DNA from: Lingula anatina
Lineage: Eukaryota; Animalia; Brachiopoda
DNA: 64,000 nt
Direction: 5' to 3'
NCBI GenBank assembly: GCA_051362555.1
Contig: CM120648.1
Coordinates: 7,250,587 to 7,314,586, forward strand
The notes below the pieces were generated by a model. That model saw only the letters and a program-made list of their open reading frames with translations, had not been told where the DNA came from and searched no databases. The position numbers and the translations under genes were made by a program. Shown one piece after another: positions 27,489-40,110 of the stretch (its first letter is position 1; every line of letters starts with the position of its first letter).

Positions 27489-28024
27489 AAGAATTAATGA
27501 CTGTACAAACCGGTTCAACCTGAGCAGACGATAGAGGAAGAATCACATTACAAAAATAAAAAATTACAATTACCAAGTGAAATAAAGAAGAGCATCATTT
27601 TTCAGAGGTAGCAAGTGCATCTAGGCACCGAAGACCAAAGACCTCAATCAGATATCTATGGAAAATTTTACAGGAGAACGCCCGCATTACATATCAAAAT
27701 GTATCATAATTACACGTGTCACAACATCTAGTACAAGATACATTGCCAAAATGTCTTACAAATTGCCTTCATCTTGATTCATACTTTTGAAGGAGTACAT
27801 TTTCCAGCAGCAATAAAACATCTTTATACCTGAAATTTTCCCTACATGTAGACATTAGACGTTACGGGAAACATTTAGAACTGCATTATTTAATCAAAAT
27901 GGTATAAAACAACAAGTTCAAGTACAGGGACGAGTTGAGCCATGATTCGTGGGTTGGAGAAAATTGCTTTCTTTTTGAAAGAAAATTCAATGTCATGGGG
28001 AAAATATCTATAAGGGACCATTAA

Positions 28025-28152
28025 GGGGTAATTAATTATGGTTTAGCAGCTTCAGTAGGCGTGCCAGACATCTAAGCCGCTTAAGCTAAAAGCAATTTAG
28101 CGAGAAATCCCTTGGAGATGGATCGATTCTGTTAGATCGATCTAGGTATGGG
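28025..28152. mobile_element. Half copy of the 43302-43557 MITE family
   Basis: cagcttcagtaggcgtgccagacatctaagccgcttaag...aatttagcgagaaatccc..ggagatgg..gatcgatctaggtatggg matches one arm plus the spacer. Confidence 0.8.
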
Positions 28153-29250
28153 CACCCAGTCTAAGGCACTAACTACAAGAATTTAGTGCCCTTCTCAGGT
28201 ATGCGGCTAAACGATCGTTAAGTCAATGTTGCTGAAACGACAAAACCTTTTAAAGCTGTTTTTAATTTTGCAGTGCCCTAAGGAAATATGCCAAACGAGA
28301 AATAAGATGCTGAGTGACAAATTAAGAAGGAGTAACCATCTTGTGTGAATTAAAAAAAAAGAAGTAACGAACTACAGTTCTTAGGTAAAAAGCGTAGAAA
28401 TATCCAAGATCACCAAACATTTTTGACACAATCACATGGTTTGTACTCCTGAGGCGTTTCCAAGATGTCACTGTTAACATGCGTAATTCATTTATTCAAA
28501 CATGCTATATTAAATGAAGGTCAAAAATATCCACCTTTGCTTAAAAACACGATGTCCTCAGAACTTTTTTGGGAATAAATCTAATTGAAATCAACCTAAA
28601 ATGTTAATTAAAATTTCGTCTTGGCCTCCTGCATGGTTGCATACATACATAATGCCTTATCCCGCTGTCGCGCCCCCAAGATAAAAAAAAAACACATGTT
28701 CGTAAGATCAATTAAAATTTCAGTGTGCTTTAAGAAGGAACCGTATCATTCATTCAGTGCATACAGCTTGCGGCAAGTCTTTCGGGTTCCTTTTCGACAT
28801 AAAACCGCGTATCGGTATCACCGCTGGCTTGTTGTCACCTTTAAAGTAACAGTGGACCATAAAGAATACGGTTGTCTGGCGAAAGTCTTGCAAGTTCAGC
28901 TGTAATACCTAACCTTGTAAAATTGTATCCCTCGCCACGTTTTTTAAATATTATTATAGCATATAGTATAGTATATGCTATTACTTGCCATGAAGGTAAG
29001 ACGATAGAGTATCATTTTTAGATTTTTATACTGGGATTAGCTTAAGAGAAACGTATATGTCGTGGCCTATCATTGTGGCAAAGGATGTGCTTGCGGCAGT
29101 GCCAGTCTCACCTAACACATTCAAACAACTGTCGCATTTTTCTGGCAAAATTTGCCCTCTTTTCGAATATAATTTTTGCATCCTCAATTCCTGTGACACG
29201 CACTTGTTGAAATTTATGACCAGTTTAACAGGCACAGTGCTTTTATTCTA

Positions 29251-29384
29251 CCCTCTACCAGGGCGACAGATTGATTTTCCACAGATATTCACAGATATGT
29301 CTCTAGATATATAGACAGTCATTTTGGTCTAACGTCGATTCAGCCAAAAATGTCCACAATAATAACTGCGACCCTGGTAGAGGG
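29251..29384. mobile_element. TA-flanked MITE (Tc1/mariner-type target site)
   Basis: ta|CCCTCTACCAGGG...CCCTGGTAGAGGG|ta, perfect 13-bp TIRs. Confidence 0.8.
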
Positions 29385-29867
29385 TACTTTTATTTCCTTT
29401 GTCACAATCATCTTTATACCAAATATGAAATACCAAGGTGGTTTAATCTAAAAAAAGTAATGCCTGGGATATTTTAATATCTTAAAAGTCACAGTCACAC
29501 AGCAGTGCAAGACGCTTTAATGGTAGTTTTCCCTGTTTTACCTCTTTAAGCACTATCATAACAGCACCCACCTGTCATATTATGGGCTTTCACCGGTGAC
29601 TGTTGGCAAATGTTACGAGGCATACTGCTAAAACGCATGTTCCAAAACAGTATAATTACTCATAAAAAAGACGTGTTCATGCCTGAAGCTATCAGCCAGG
29701 TTGACTTTAACGTTGTTGACGTCTTCATTTTGTTTATGGATTATGTAGATGAGAGTGTTCAAGTGCGTAATTGTCTCTCGACCTCCATTTAAACTTTGCA
29801 TAAATTTTGTGTAATATAGTACAAATGGTATGGATAAAGGATAAGAGAAGGTTGTCATCCTCGTCGT

Positions 29868-29904
<37 letters not shown>

Positions 29905-29976
29905 CAAACACATGCGAAAATACAACTCTCTCTCTCACACACACACATACACACGGGCGTGCTCTCTATGCCCCTC

Positions 29977-30011
<35 letters not shown>
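29868..30011. repeat. Interrupted (CT)n/(CA)n microsatellite cluster
   Basis: Seen directly. Confidence 0.9.
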
Positions 30012-30649
30012 AAGCACAATACATCTGTCTCTCTCTCATTATTGGCTGGGTACGAAGGGACTTCAAGTTCACAGACCTAAGTACGGATAAATATAACTTT
30101 TCCTCGCATATTACAAAGCACCACATTACCATGTAGACCACATTTTTGGTAGTAAAAAGGTAAAAATATTTTGCATATTACCTGCCTTGTCTCTTCACGA
30201 AGCACGCACATGTATGAGCAGATACTTTCTCTTCACTGAACGCAGATGACAAAATAGACTGACGCGAGCACTTAATGTAACTTTCTTTCTGCGGTGTTAC
30301 ATTTCACACCTAGGCGTTGTGACACTTCTCTATGTCAAACGAAATTCTTCCTGCGTTCTTCCACCACGCATATTCAAGCAGCCGGTTGCGTTTTTTCCTC
30401 TCTCTTAACTGTTACTGTATACGATTGAATATACAGAGATGAGTAGAATGAGCCTCTAATTCTCAGTTCTCACTTAATGATTCATGTAATAATCACATAC
30501 GAAAATGTACACTGTCCTCTAGTGTATCTTGTGTAGTCTAAAACACAAGCAAAGTCTTGAACCCTTCTGGAAAGTTTATCCGTTTACTTCTTCCTTTTTC
30601 TGGTTGAAAAAAAAAAAGAACGTCGTTCTAAATGGGGTCGAGGTCTTAC

Positions 30650-31270
30650 CTCTGCCGTGACGCTGTGTTCTCAATCGAAGACGGCAGCGTGACACCTACT
30701 TCTACATCACACGACGTGACGGCGTTGGAATTACCCAGTCAGCATGGGCATATTTCATTTCAGTTATCACACCTAGGTCACCAGTCGTGTGGTTATTTTT
30801 CATGTCTCCACACCACACCTGAGCTACAAAACCAGTAACGGCACTAGTCGCCCGTCCTTCCTAGCACCCCCAACGTGGTGTACATTTCAAATTCCATTGC
30901 GGTCTCTCTAATGATGTCATTCTCTTCACGTTCAACCAACTGCCTTTGCCCACTGGGAAGTGACAGTAAAATAGATACTAGCCAGAAATATGCATTGTGC
31001 ATTAACGGCTGCGATATACAGGTTTTATGAGGGCTAGATGTTTTGTTTGGGCCTTAGGAAAGGGTGGTTGCGTGAAATTGAAACCGCGACTGTTGCCCCT
31101 CCTCCTATCCATCATCTGTAGTGTGACAAAGACGGCGTGACGTCATGGAAGGGGGAGGGGTGTCTTTGAGATAAAAGAGGCCGGATGATGGGTGAAACAA
31201 GTTTAGATACGAAATACATTGGCTTTGTTCTTTGATTGGAGATGCTGACGTCTCAGTGTGGATGTGTGAA
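30650..31270 (-). promoter_or_regulatory. Candidate promoter and non-coding first exon on the minus strand (possibly paralogue A)
   Basis: CpG-rich patch with a perfect CRE palindrome TGACGTCA (about 31138) and a strong minus-strand donor GAG|gtaaga at 30650. Confidence 0.3.
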
Positions 31271-31342
31271 AACTTTATAATTAATAGGTTTGCCCTGTCT
31301 TTCATTTTCTTTGTATGTTTTCATTTCTATTTTTTATTTCCA

Positions 31343-31383
31343 ATTATTATTATTATTATTATCATTATTATTATTATTATTAT
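31343..31383. repeat. (ATT)n microsatellite
   Basis: Seen directly. Confidence 0.95.
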
Positions 31384-33128
31384 ATCTGCTTTAGGTTGGT
31401 GTCTCATTTGCTAAATTCGAGTTTTATCGTTATTGGCCGCATTTTCTTAGTTTTTATTTTCAGATTTGCCAAGAGAGAGAGAGATGTAGAATACAGCACG
31501 TCAATTTTACTTTTAAATTACTAATTATAGTGATGTCAGGTTGGTTATAACCATACAAGCCACCAAGTGAACAGAAAGATTAAGCATCGGCGGTGTCTTT
31601 TCGTGAAAGGACCTCTTACATTGCATGCGATATGTGAAAACTAAACTGTTGCGGTCTCACAGCGCACTTTACTTGAGAGAGAGAGAGAGGGAGGAAGGAA
31701 GGAAAAAAATATTGCTGGGGTTGTATATGAAAACTGCACTGTATACTATTATATTGGTCTTTTGGTCTTAAACATTTAAACGTTCATTTTTTTTTTTTTT
31801 TGGGGGGGGAGATATTATATATTAGCAACGGGTGGAAACAGTATTATTCTTAACGAGAGTGAAAGAGAGAAAGAGACAAACTTCTAGAACTGTGCATATT
31901 GCATTTCGCTATTTATTCATGCCAAAAAGTTACAGCAGCAAACAAATACCATTTCACACGCAAGAGTGTGCATACATGAATAACCCGAAACAAGACAGTG
32001 ACCGAGATTTTTCAAATCTCTTACTTTGAGTAAGCTAGACTACTTGTATGTGCTTCGAGACAATGCTTTTTCTGAGATTCCAAACCTGCTTGGCCGACAA
32101 TACGGTTTCCAAATAAAGGAGCAGTCATAGCTTTAAAACAGCGTTTCATCAGTAAAAAGGGTTCCACTTTAAAGTGTCATTCACTTAATCCTCATCTATA
32201 AACACAATGGTCCACAAATAAAAATACGTCGTGGGCATGTATATTCGCTTTAACAAAATTTCCACTCGTTCTTAAAAATAAAAGAACGCCTTGGGTAAAA
32301 CGTAAAATAATAAAAATGGAATAATAATAAATGATCATTTGTTTTTAGTACATAAAGCTGGTATACCTATCATAAATATCAAAGATATACAAATTACACC
32401 AGTGCTGAATTGTTTATATATACATATACAAACGGATCTTAAACCGTGCTTCTAAAAATGCCAGAACTTTTGTACTATAATATTTATGGATACTCGCTTG
32501 AAGCATCCCTTTTCCTACGTATGAAGCAATGAATAGAGGTTATAAAATAAGGCAACAAATGTTTACCCAGAACAAATACAATAAATAATGAGTGAAAACA
32601 GTTGTCAACTGGTGCAATAAATATCATAATTATCATGAAATCGTCTTTAGGCATAGCAAGCATTACAAGGATGATGCAATTTCTACTTTTCGACAGACAA
32701 GAACAGGCGACATTTTGTCTCTATGCATATTTGTTAAGATTTTGCATGAATAAACTTGAAGTAGTATACATTTTAGTTAATTACTTATGGCGATATCATG
32801 TGGGATATGTACAGGCATATTTTGGGTCGAGTCGCCAATATTACCATTGACAATACGGATCGAATTTTGAACAGTGCAAAGTTTCTATTATGCAGTTTGT
32901 ATTGAAATAATCCGGTGTGACAGGACTAGTAGTCCCTTAGAAACAGTAGCCCGTTCCCAATTACTTTCTACAGGTGGTATTCATCACATATACTAACTCC
33001 AATTTCCCGACTAACTCTAACCTGTACTAATCATATGGGACCCCGGACTTCCATTCCTAGGACTACCATTCCTGTCACACCGACACTTCAAAATTAAAAC
33101 CAAGTATTCTATTCCAATCTCCCCAGAA

Positions 33129-33907
33129 TCAAGAAGAACAACTCTTGCTCGTAACAAGTTTCGCTTTTGGCTTATCGCTGGCAGCAAATGTTTCAAAGTC
33201 ATTGAATTCCTCCATATACTCTATCATCGCCTCTACAGTTTCAACTATATCCTGAGCGAGTGATTCCGTATAGTTATCGGATATAGTCTTTGATTCATCC
33301 AGAAGACTCAAGTCAAAACTGAACAAATAATTCGCGTTAAGTTTCCTCAAAAACGAGATGTCGTCAGACAGACGCTCTGGTAGCCCCGGAAGATCTCGAA
33401 GTTTCTCGAGCAGTTTTGGAAGATATCGCGTCATTTGGAGATCGTGGTGATTCTCCTCTTCTGTCTTCTGAAGAATCGAAGCCACCAACATTTTTCGTAC
33501 GACTTCGTAGCAAATCGTGCAGGCCCACTCGTACCCATGGTTCTGTTTCATAATTTTCGCACAATCGAGATCTCGTTTGGCCTGACGAAACCATTCCTTT
33601 GGCGGGTCAAGGCGGTCGGTAGGTGGCGCGTCGATCTTGATTCCTTCTTTCATCTCGGTTTTTGTTTCAGAAGAATCAGCCTCCTTTGTCTCTGTCGTGG
33701 GACTGGGTTGGGTATCGAAAAACTCTTCCCCATCGGTCCCAGGCGAAAATGGACTGTCGTCTGCTCCGTCTTCCATCGGTGACGTTGCTGTACGCTGAGA
33801 GCTGGTGTCGTCCTCAGTCGCTGTTGACGGGCTTTCGTCAGGCTCAGCGCTCTCAGACGTTGGTCTGTCTTTAGCTGACTCGCTCCTTGGAGTTGACTTT
33901 GGTTCTG
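33129..33907 (-). CDS. Sacsin-like paralogue B: last exon (acidic/Ser-Thr linker plus HEPN domain)
   Basis: Phase-1 acceptor ...cacccag|CAG is in frame with ORF 33129-33776. KEWFRQAKRDLDCA..GYEWACTICYEVVRKMLVA..YTESLAQDIVETV is a sacsin-type HEPN domain. Confidence 0.9.
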
Positions 33908-34236
33908 CTGGGTGTCACAAGAAAAAGAAAAAAATGTTACAAGAAATATCAAAATGTCGTGGATATTTTAGGAAAATACGTTCATCATGCATGTATTAAT
34001 GTCCTCTTTTATAATCAAAAGGTGAAACGAAACAAATGCAATGTACTTTCATTAAACACAGAAATATCAAAGCATCCTTCAATCAGCTCAATTATAAAAG
34101 ACAGTATTTTCAAAAACGGAGCCTATTCGTATACCTAACACGGTAAAACATGTATTCCTGGTAACAGACCGCTAAAAAAATCGTTTCACCAAAACATTAT
34201 CCGCAGTATAACTTCACATTTGACATGCATTCTCAC

Positions 34237-34493
34237 CTGGTTTATCTGCAGGTTTAGAAGGTTCAGGTGGTGGTTCTGGTCGCTGAAAGTTAAACCGGAA
34301 GTTGGCCGGGTTGGGACGATTAAACATATTTCCCTGCCCCTCGGCTTGCTCCTTAACGGGGTAAATCTTCTGAAGGCGGTCCAACTCTGCCTTCAGATGC
34401 TTAAACACCTCCGTCGCCATTAAAGTTCCCCCTGCTTTATCGGGATGCCACTTCAGGAACAGCCTTTTTCGCAGCTTGTCTCTCTCGTCATAT
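34237..34493 (-). CDS. Sacsin-like paralogue B: J-domain exon with intact HPD
   Basis: tttttcctgtag|A...CCAG|gtgaga, phase 2-1. Encodes RDKLRKRLFLKWHPDK...ATEVFKHLKAELDRL. Confidence 0.93.
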
Positions 34494-34770
34494 CTACAGG
34501 AAAAATACACGTTTAGATTGCAGTTTTTTACTATATTTATCCTTTGTTATATGTTACCATGTAAATTACCGAACCTGTAACATTATTGACTGGTCAGATA
34601 TATAACATTATAAACCTGATGCTGAATTTAACACCACATGTATTAATTTCATTTTATATCTACTCCAATCTTCTCTTCTAATATTTACCCTAATACTCAT
34701 AGTAAACTGAAAACAAAATTTTCAGTTTTCGTTTATATATTGACTTATCACAATAATACTGAACAATTAC

Positions 34771-37700
34771 CTCATAGGATCGCGGAAGACTTCTTCTAAC
34801 AGGCGAGTCACCTGACGCTTCTGTTCCTCGATCTCCATCCCCTCTTTCAACCTCCTGTACATCTCTTCCGCCTCCGACAACTCCCTCATCAGCGCCCTCT
34901 GATGAGCAACATTGTCGGACTTCCGCTTCACCTCCCGATAAAGATCTAGCGACTGCGCAGTTAGAGGGTTCTCAAGGCCGACGTCTATAATGTACTCACG
35001 GAACATGTTGGAAACGTCAACCGGTTGTTCCTTGCGCTTACACTCTCGTATGATACGTGCGTGGATCATTTCGTTCTCATATTCGGGGAGCATGTACGCG
35101 ACGTACTCTTTCGGTTGGAAACGAACATCCGGGTCACAACTGTACATCCAGTGGTCCTCGGGATCTATGAAGGCACCAAGTCTGGGTCTGGTCATCATGT
35201 CATCGTCCAGAGTGGACAACCCCTCCTCGACCAAAAATTCATCTAAATGATCTATCTTGCATCGGAGAAGTTTCGCAATTTTTCCTGAATCAATGCTGAA
35301 GGCGTTATTGGCACACAGCATGGTCTTTATGGCGTCTGCGACTGCTGAGACCATGTCTGCGTCACCGGGGTACTCGTCGTAGTGTTTAATGAACAGACGC
35401 ATGTACCCTTCGTCCGAAACCTCGTGGTGGACCAGCTTCGGGGTGCTTATCAATTCCGTCGGGATGCCGCGCTCACAGAGGTAACAGTCTATCTTTTCAA
35501 AGCAGATGAAATCCATCACCTTTAACCTCTCAATGTTGTCTTCATAGTCGTCTCGATCAGGGTCCGGGGAGTGGCCCATCAGCATCAGTACATGCCCAAA
35601 GGCGTCTTGCGAGATTCGCATGCGGTATTCTTGCATGAAGGGACAGGTGGGACCTTTCATACAACGATACCGTACCACAGCCATTTGCTGGACCATATCA
35701 GACAGAATCTTGGGTCTTAACTCGTCCGGCAGGAGGTTGATGTACTCTCGCGGATGCTTTGGGAGGTTACAGCTTTGTAATTTGCATAGGTACTTGTATT
35801 TTTTCTTCTTGAATTTCTTCGCTATCATTTTGTTGTCGTTCACGATGAGTTGACTGGAGACGACCATGACTGCTTTGTCGGATGGCAAAAAGAGTGGGCC
35901 GGCGGTTAATTCGCTCTCTATATCCTGCTGAAGGGATGCAAAGAGGCCATATACGGCCGTGCTGGCAGTCTGTTTCTGGTTAGTTTTGAGGGGATTTGTG
36001 CCAGATTCGGTCCGCAGCTTGTTGAGTACATTTGCATAGGTATTGGGCTTGGGACTCTTCACGGCTCCAAGACGCTTGAATAATTCGTCGTACTTGGCCA
36101 AAGACATCGGTCTGGCGTACAGGTAAGGGTGCAGGGTGTCACTGTCAATGTCTGAGGGGAAGTTCAACACAACCTGGTCAGGTCGGACTCTTATTGTACC
36201 ATCGTTAAGGACTATACACCTTGCCGTCTGTAGAGCTTTCATTTCCTTACACGTGTCACACCCAGGGTTGTTACAATCACACTTGAGCAGAAGAAAATCG
36301 TAAATATGCACCAAGACTTTCTCAAGCTCTTTCAAGGCTTCGTCTGAAAGCTGGTCGGTTACGGCCTCGCATAACTGTATGCAGTGCTGAGTGACGTCGG
36401 CGACGGAGGGCACCTGTTGCACGCCAAGAATATCGACAAGATTGTCGGGAATTTTTGCCCACTGGGGGAGGGTCGGGTTCACAGACCACGCCAGCAGGTC
36501 GTGCTGCAGGAGCTGGTGCTCTTGTCTACTCTCGTACTGCAGTGAGCCGGATAACTTCTGGAAACCTTCCGGCTGCTTTGGTGGGCAAACCGAGATGAGT
36601 TCGTCGTCATAGTCGATGGTGACTGCTGGAATAAACGGGATTTCTGAAAGCTGACGGAGAACGTCCTCCTCGAACTCGTTCAGGACAGCTGTGGAGAGGA
36701 CGATCTGAGCAAATTTCTGAGCCTCCTCCATATCCTCGGACATCTGGGATACCGCCTCGGCGCACTTAATCAGTTCCGCCGCTTCTATCTCGGTTTTCAG
36801 ACCAGCAACCCGCAGAAGCTCCCTCCACTCCGGTCCACAGAATTCCTCCGGAAGTGGATGCAGGTCTCCAGCCAAGTGTAGTATTCCCATATCCAAGTCA
36901 TAAAAATTACTGGCAAGCAGGAAATTACCTTCATAAGGGATGAAGGGCAGTTTCTGAAGTTCTGAGGTAAACATATGCTTTGCTTGGTCTGTACCGAATG
37001 ACAACAGCATCGGTAAAACAGAGTCTCGAATGCACTCCAAATGGGATTGTCTCATTTCTCTATCTATGCTGGCAAATTTGGGGAAAACATGATCCGTGTA
37101 GACATCTATTGTATTTTTCTTGCTGATACCTAACGCTGTGTACAAGTCACTGTAGGCCTTTTTCTCCTTCAGCAACACACGGTCCGAACTTCTCATGTAG
37201 CCTGTGATCCCTTTCGTAGGAATGGAATCGTCTAAAACTGCTACAGAAACAGCAGACGCTATGGACCTGAAGTCCCCTTCAATAGTTTCATAAATTGGGA
37301 GGAGACGCAACGTCTTAAGAAAGACGCCACTGCGACGAATTGACTCTAAGTCGTTTTTAAAGAAGAACAAGAACGTTTCACATTCTTCTTCGGAAAACTC
37401 ACAACTATGAAACGGGTAGACAGTGAGCATGTACAGAATGTCCTCCGGGTGAGAAGCGTCCATAACACACGGCGACGCCATATCACTTATGTCCTGATCC
37501 GTGAGGTCGTCGTCTACAAGGTCAGTGGTGTCTAAAGTTGGGAGACCCATTTTCCGGACTATGGTCTGAATGTCTTTCGAAGAGTTGCAAAGATTTACCA
37601 GATTCTTGCCCTCGCCTACTTTATAGAAGCGGCCGTCCGAGCCTGGTAGTATAGGCAGGTCGCTCATCATGACCATGACGGTCCTGTTGTTGTATCTGTT

Positions 37701-39430
37701 TGTATTTTCCCGTAGAAACTTCCACATTAGGGTGAGCCATGCGCGATCTCTGACACATGGTGAAGTTGCTTGTATGTAGTTTGGAATGTCTGCGACCACC
37801 AATTTTCGCACGGGGGTATTGGTGTAGGTTTGGGCCACATTCAAAAGTGGTGCCAAATCTTCGTGGATGAACAAGTCTTGGTTGTATGGCAACAAGGTTT
37901 TGTACTCGAGGGACAAAAACACGGGCGATCTACGCCGAAATTCTTTCAGCTGGTTTGTCATGGTGACACACAGAGGCAATCCGTCGAGCCGATGGTAGTC
38001 TTGGTTGCTCTCTTCTAGGAGACAATACTCTAAGAGAATCTTGGCGTTATCTACAGTGCGTAGTTCAGTTGCAGAGATTGGCTTTGGAAGACCCATCCGT
38101 GTGGCTGCGTCTTTAAGGCAGCTTGTGGCTACCCTGGGGGTGAGAAAGTCTATGTCTTTCATTTTGGCTGCAAGTATCCGTTCTGTGATCTCGGGAAAGT
38201 TGCATATGTTAACGCCCAACACCATGAGGCTTTTCTCCACGTCTTCATTGTGGTCTTCTCCGTGTACAAAATATAAGTCCTTTGGTCCAAAGAATTCAAC
38301 CTTCTGTCGAGCATCATTTGAGACACTCGAGGGTCGCAGCAAAGGTATCACAGGCAGATTGTTGTGTAGTATACAGAAATACAAATCTTTGACTAGTTCT
38401 TGGTAATATGATTCGGTGGCGACCTCTATGTGTGGAAACAACCTCAGATACCACTCGCCAACGTTGCGGGTATCGACCTGTCTGGTAATACTGCGTAGAA
38501 AGGAGCAATAAGCTGGGACTAGCACGTGATGGAGCAACACACGATTCCAATCACCAAACGCGGTGTTTGACCATAGGCTACGGCGAGAGGAGTGGATGGC
38601 AAAATGCCCATTGACGTGCACGGGTAGGCCGTTCTCGATAGGGAGCTGTAGGAAGCAGAAAGTCTCGCCCTTCAAGTCTTCATTATCACGTCTTGAGGCG
38701 AGGCCTGCTATGGGACTGAATTTTTTCCCTGAGAACGACCCTCCCACGAACTCATTTAGAAACTCTGATTCGTCTTCCGTAAAGTCACCATGAAAACCAA
38801 ACGTTTGATTGACAGTCCAGTTTGTGGTGTTGAATTCATCCTCTGTCACCATGTTGTAAGTGATGGAATTTTTCGTAATATCCCCGACACCGATCCTCCC
38901 CTCCATAAGTGCCTTGATTTCAGTAGACAGACGCTGGTAGGAGGACTTAATCTCCCGGTGGTCTATGGCACTTATCTTGCGTTTAACTTCGGTGACCATC
39001 TCTTTATTCCCATCGGGATGAATCACCATAACACCTATATAGTCCACAGTCTTGGTAAACAAAAGGCACTTATGAAGAAGCAACCTGAACTCTATCGTCT
39101 CCAGATCTCTCTGCATTTCCTGAAGGCAGTCCTCGTCGTAATGCCGATTAGAAATTTTGGAATTCATCTCTTTTGTGCGAAGGGGAAATCGGAACACCGT
39201 GCTACCGCTCTGCTGGACATACTCATCAAGAAAGCCCCGGATGACGTCAGACCACGTGGTTTTGAACTCAGGTTCCTCCTTAAAGTTCACGTGACCACCA
39301 GGGCAGCCGTTGTTTGCTCCTGGGACGTAGGTCAAATGGGGGTCAAACATGCAGAGGTTGACACCATCTGACAACAAAGTCGGGCAGTCGGTCATCTGGT
39401 AAACTACGTTGAAACCGATGCCAAACTGAC
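34771..39430 (-). CDS. Sacsin-like paralogue B: main exon
   Basis: Acceptor ttctttgcag|GTCAGTTTGGC (GQFGIGFN), 1542-aa ORF colinear with paralogue A, phase-2 donor ATGAG|gtaatt. Confidence 0.93.
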
Positions 39431-39731
39431 CTGCAAAGAAATATTGTTAATGCCCTTAATACAAAAGCACTGCTATAATTACGAACCGCCTGTTGTTTTT
39501 ATAACTCTTTTGGGTTCGTTTAAAGAAGATTAGGAAGGTTCTTGATATTTTTACCGCCTTATTATACATGTACCATGGGAAAATTATTCGTCATATAACT
39601 TATATAAATTGTGCTTCAAAGTTACATTCACTGTAAATTAAGTTTAATCAAAGAATCATATAACATACACCGATCTTTGACACATCTTATCATAAATAAG
39701 TAATTACTACATGTAAACTAATTTTAGGTAC

Positions 39732-40110
39732 CTGTTTTATCCGGATCACTGCTTTTGCTTCCCACTCCAAGCTTCTGTATAGCTTCAATATCGTTATCTG
39801 TGAAGATGGCGTTATTGTACACACAAAGTGATGGTCCCTGCAGTGGTTTCCATTCGTCCCACACATTTTCTGTCGGCAGATGGCGCTTGTCCAAGATGAA
39901 CATGACCCTGCTAGCTTTTGCGTCGTCTGCATTTTGGGTTAGCTCCTTGACAACTTCTTCCAAGCCTATCCCTTTTGTGTCACCGACATATTGGTTTATA
40001 ATGTTTTTAATTCTAACCGTAGGTGGTTCATGTTGACCGAAGCGGTTAAACCTGGGTTTGCGCTTCTCGTGCTCGCCGTTGGCAGCATCGTAAATTGGCC
40101 GAATCGGAGC
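39732..40110 (-). CDS. Sacsin-like paralogue B: exon encoding the N-terminal half of the GHKL ATPase
   Basis: Phase-0 acceptor ttttctcctag|GCT. Translates APIRPIYD...RFGQHEPPTVRIKNIINQY...VVKELTQNADDA...YNNAIFTDNDI...DPDKT. Donor ACAG|gtacct. There is no in-frame ATG before the conserved FGQ/ELxQNADDA motifs, so an upstream coding exon is required. Confidence 0.92.
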
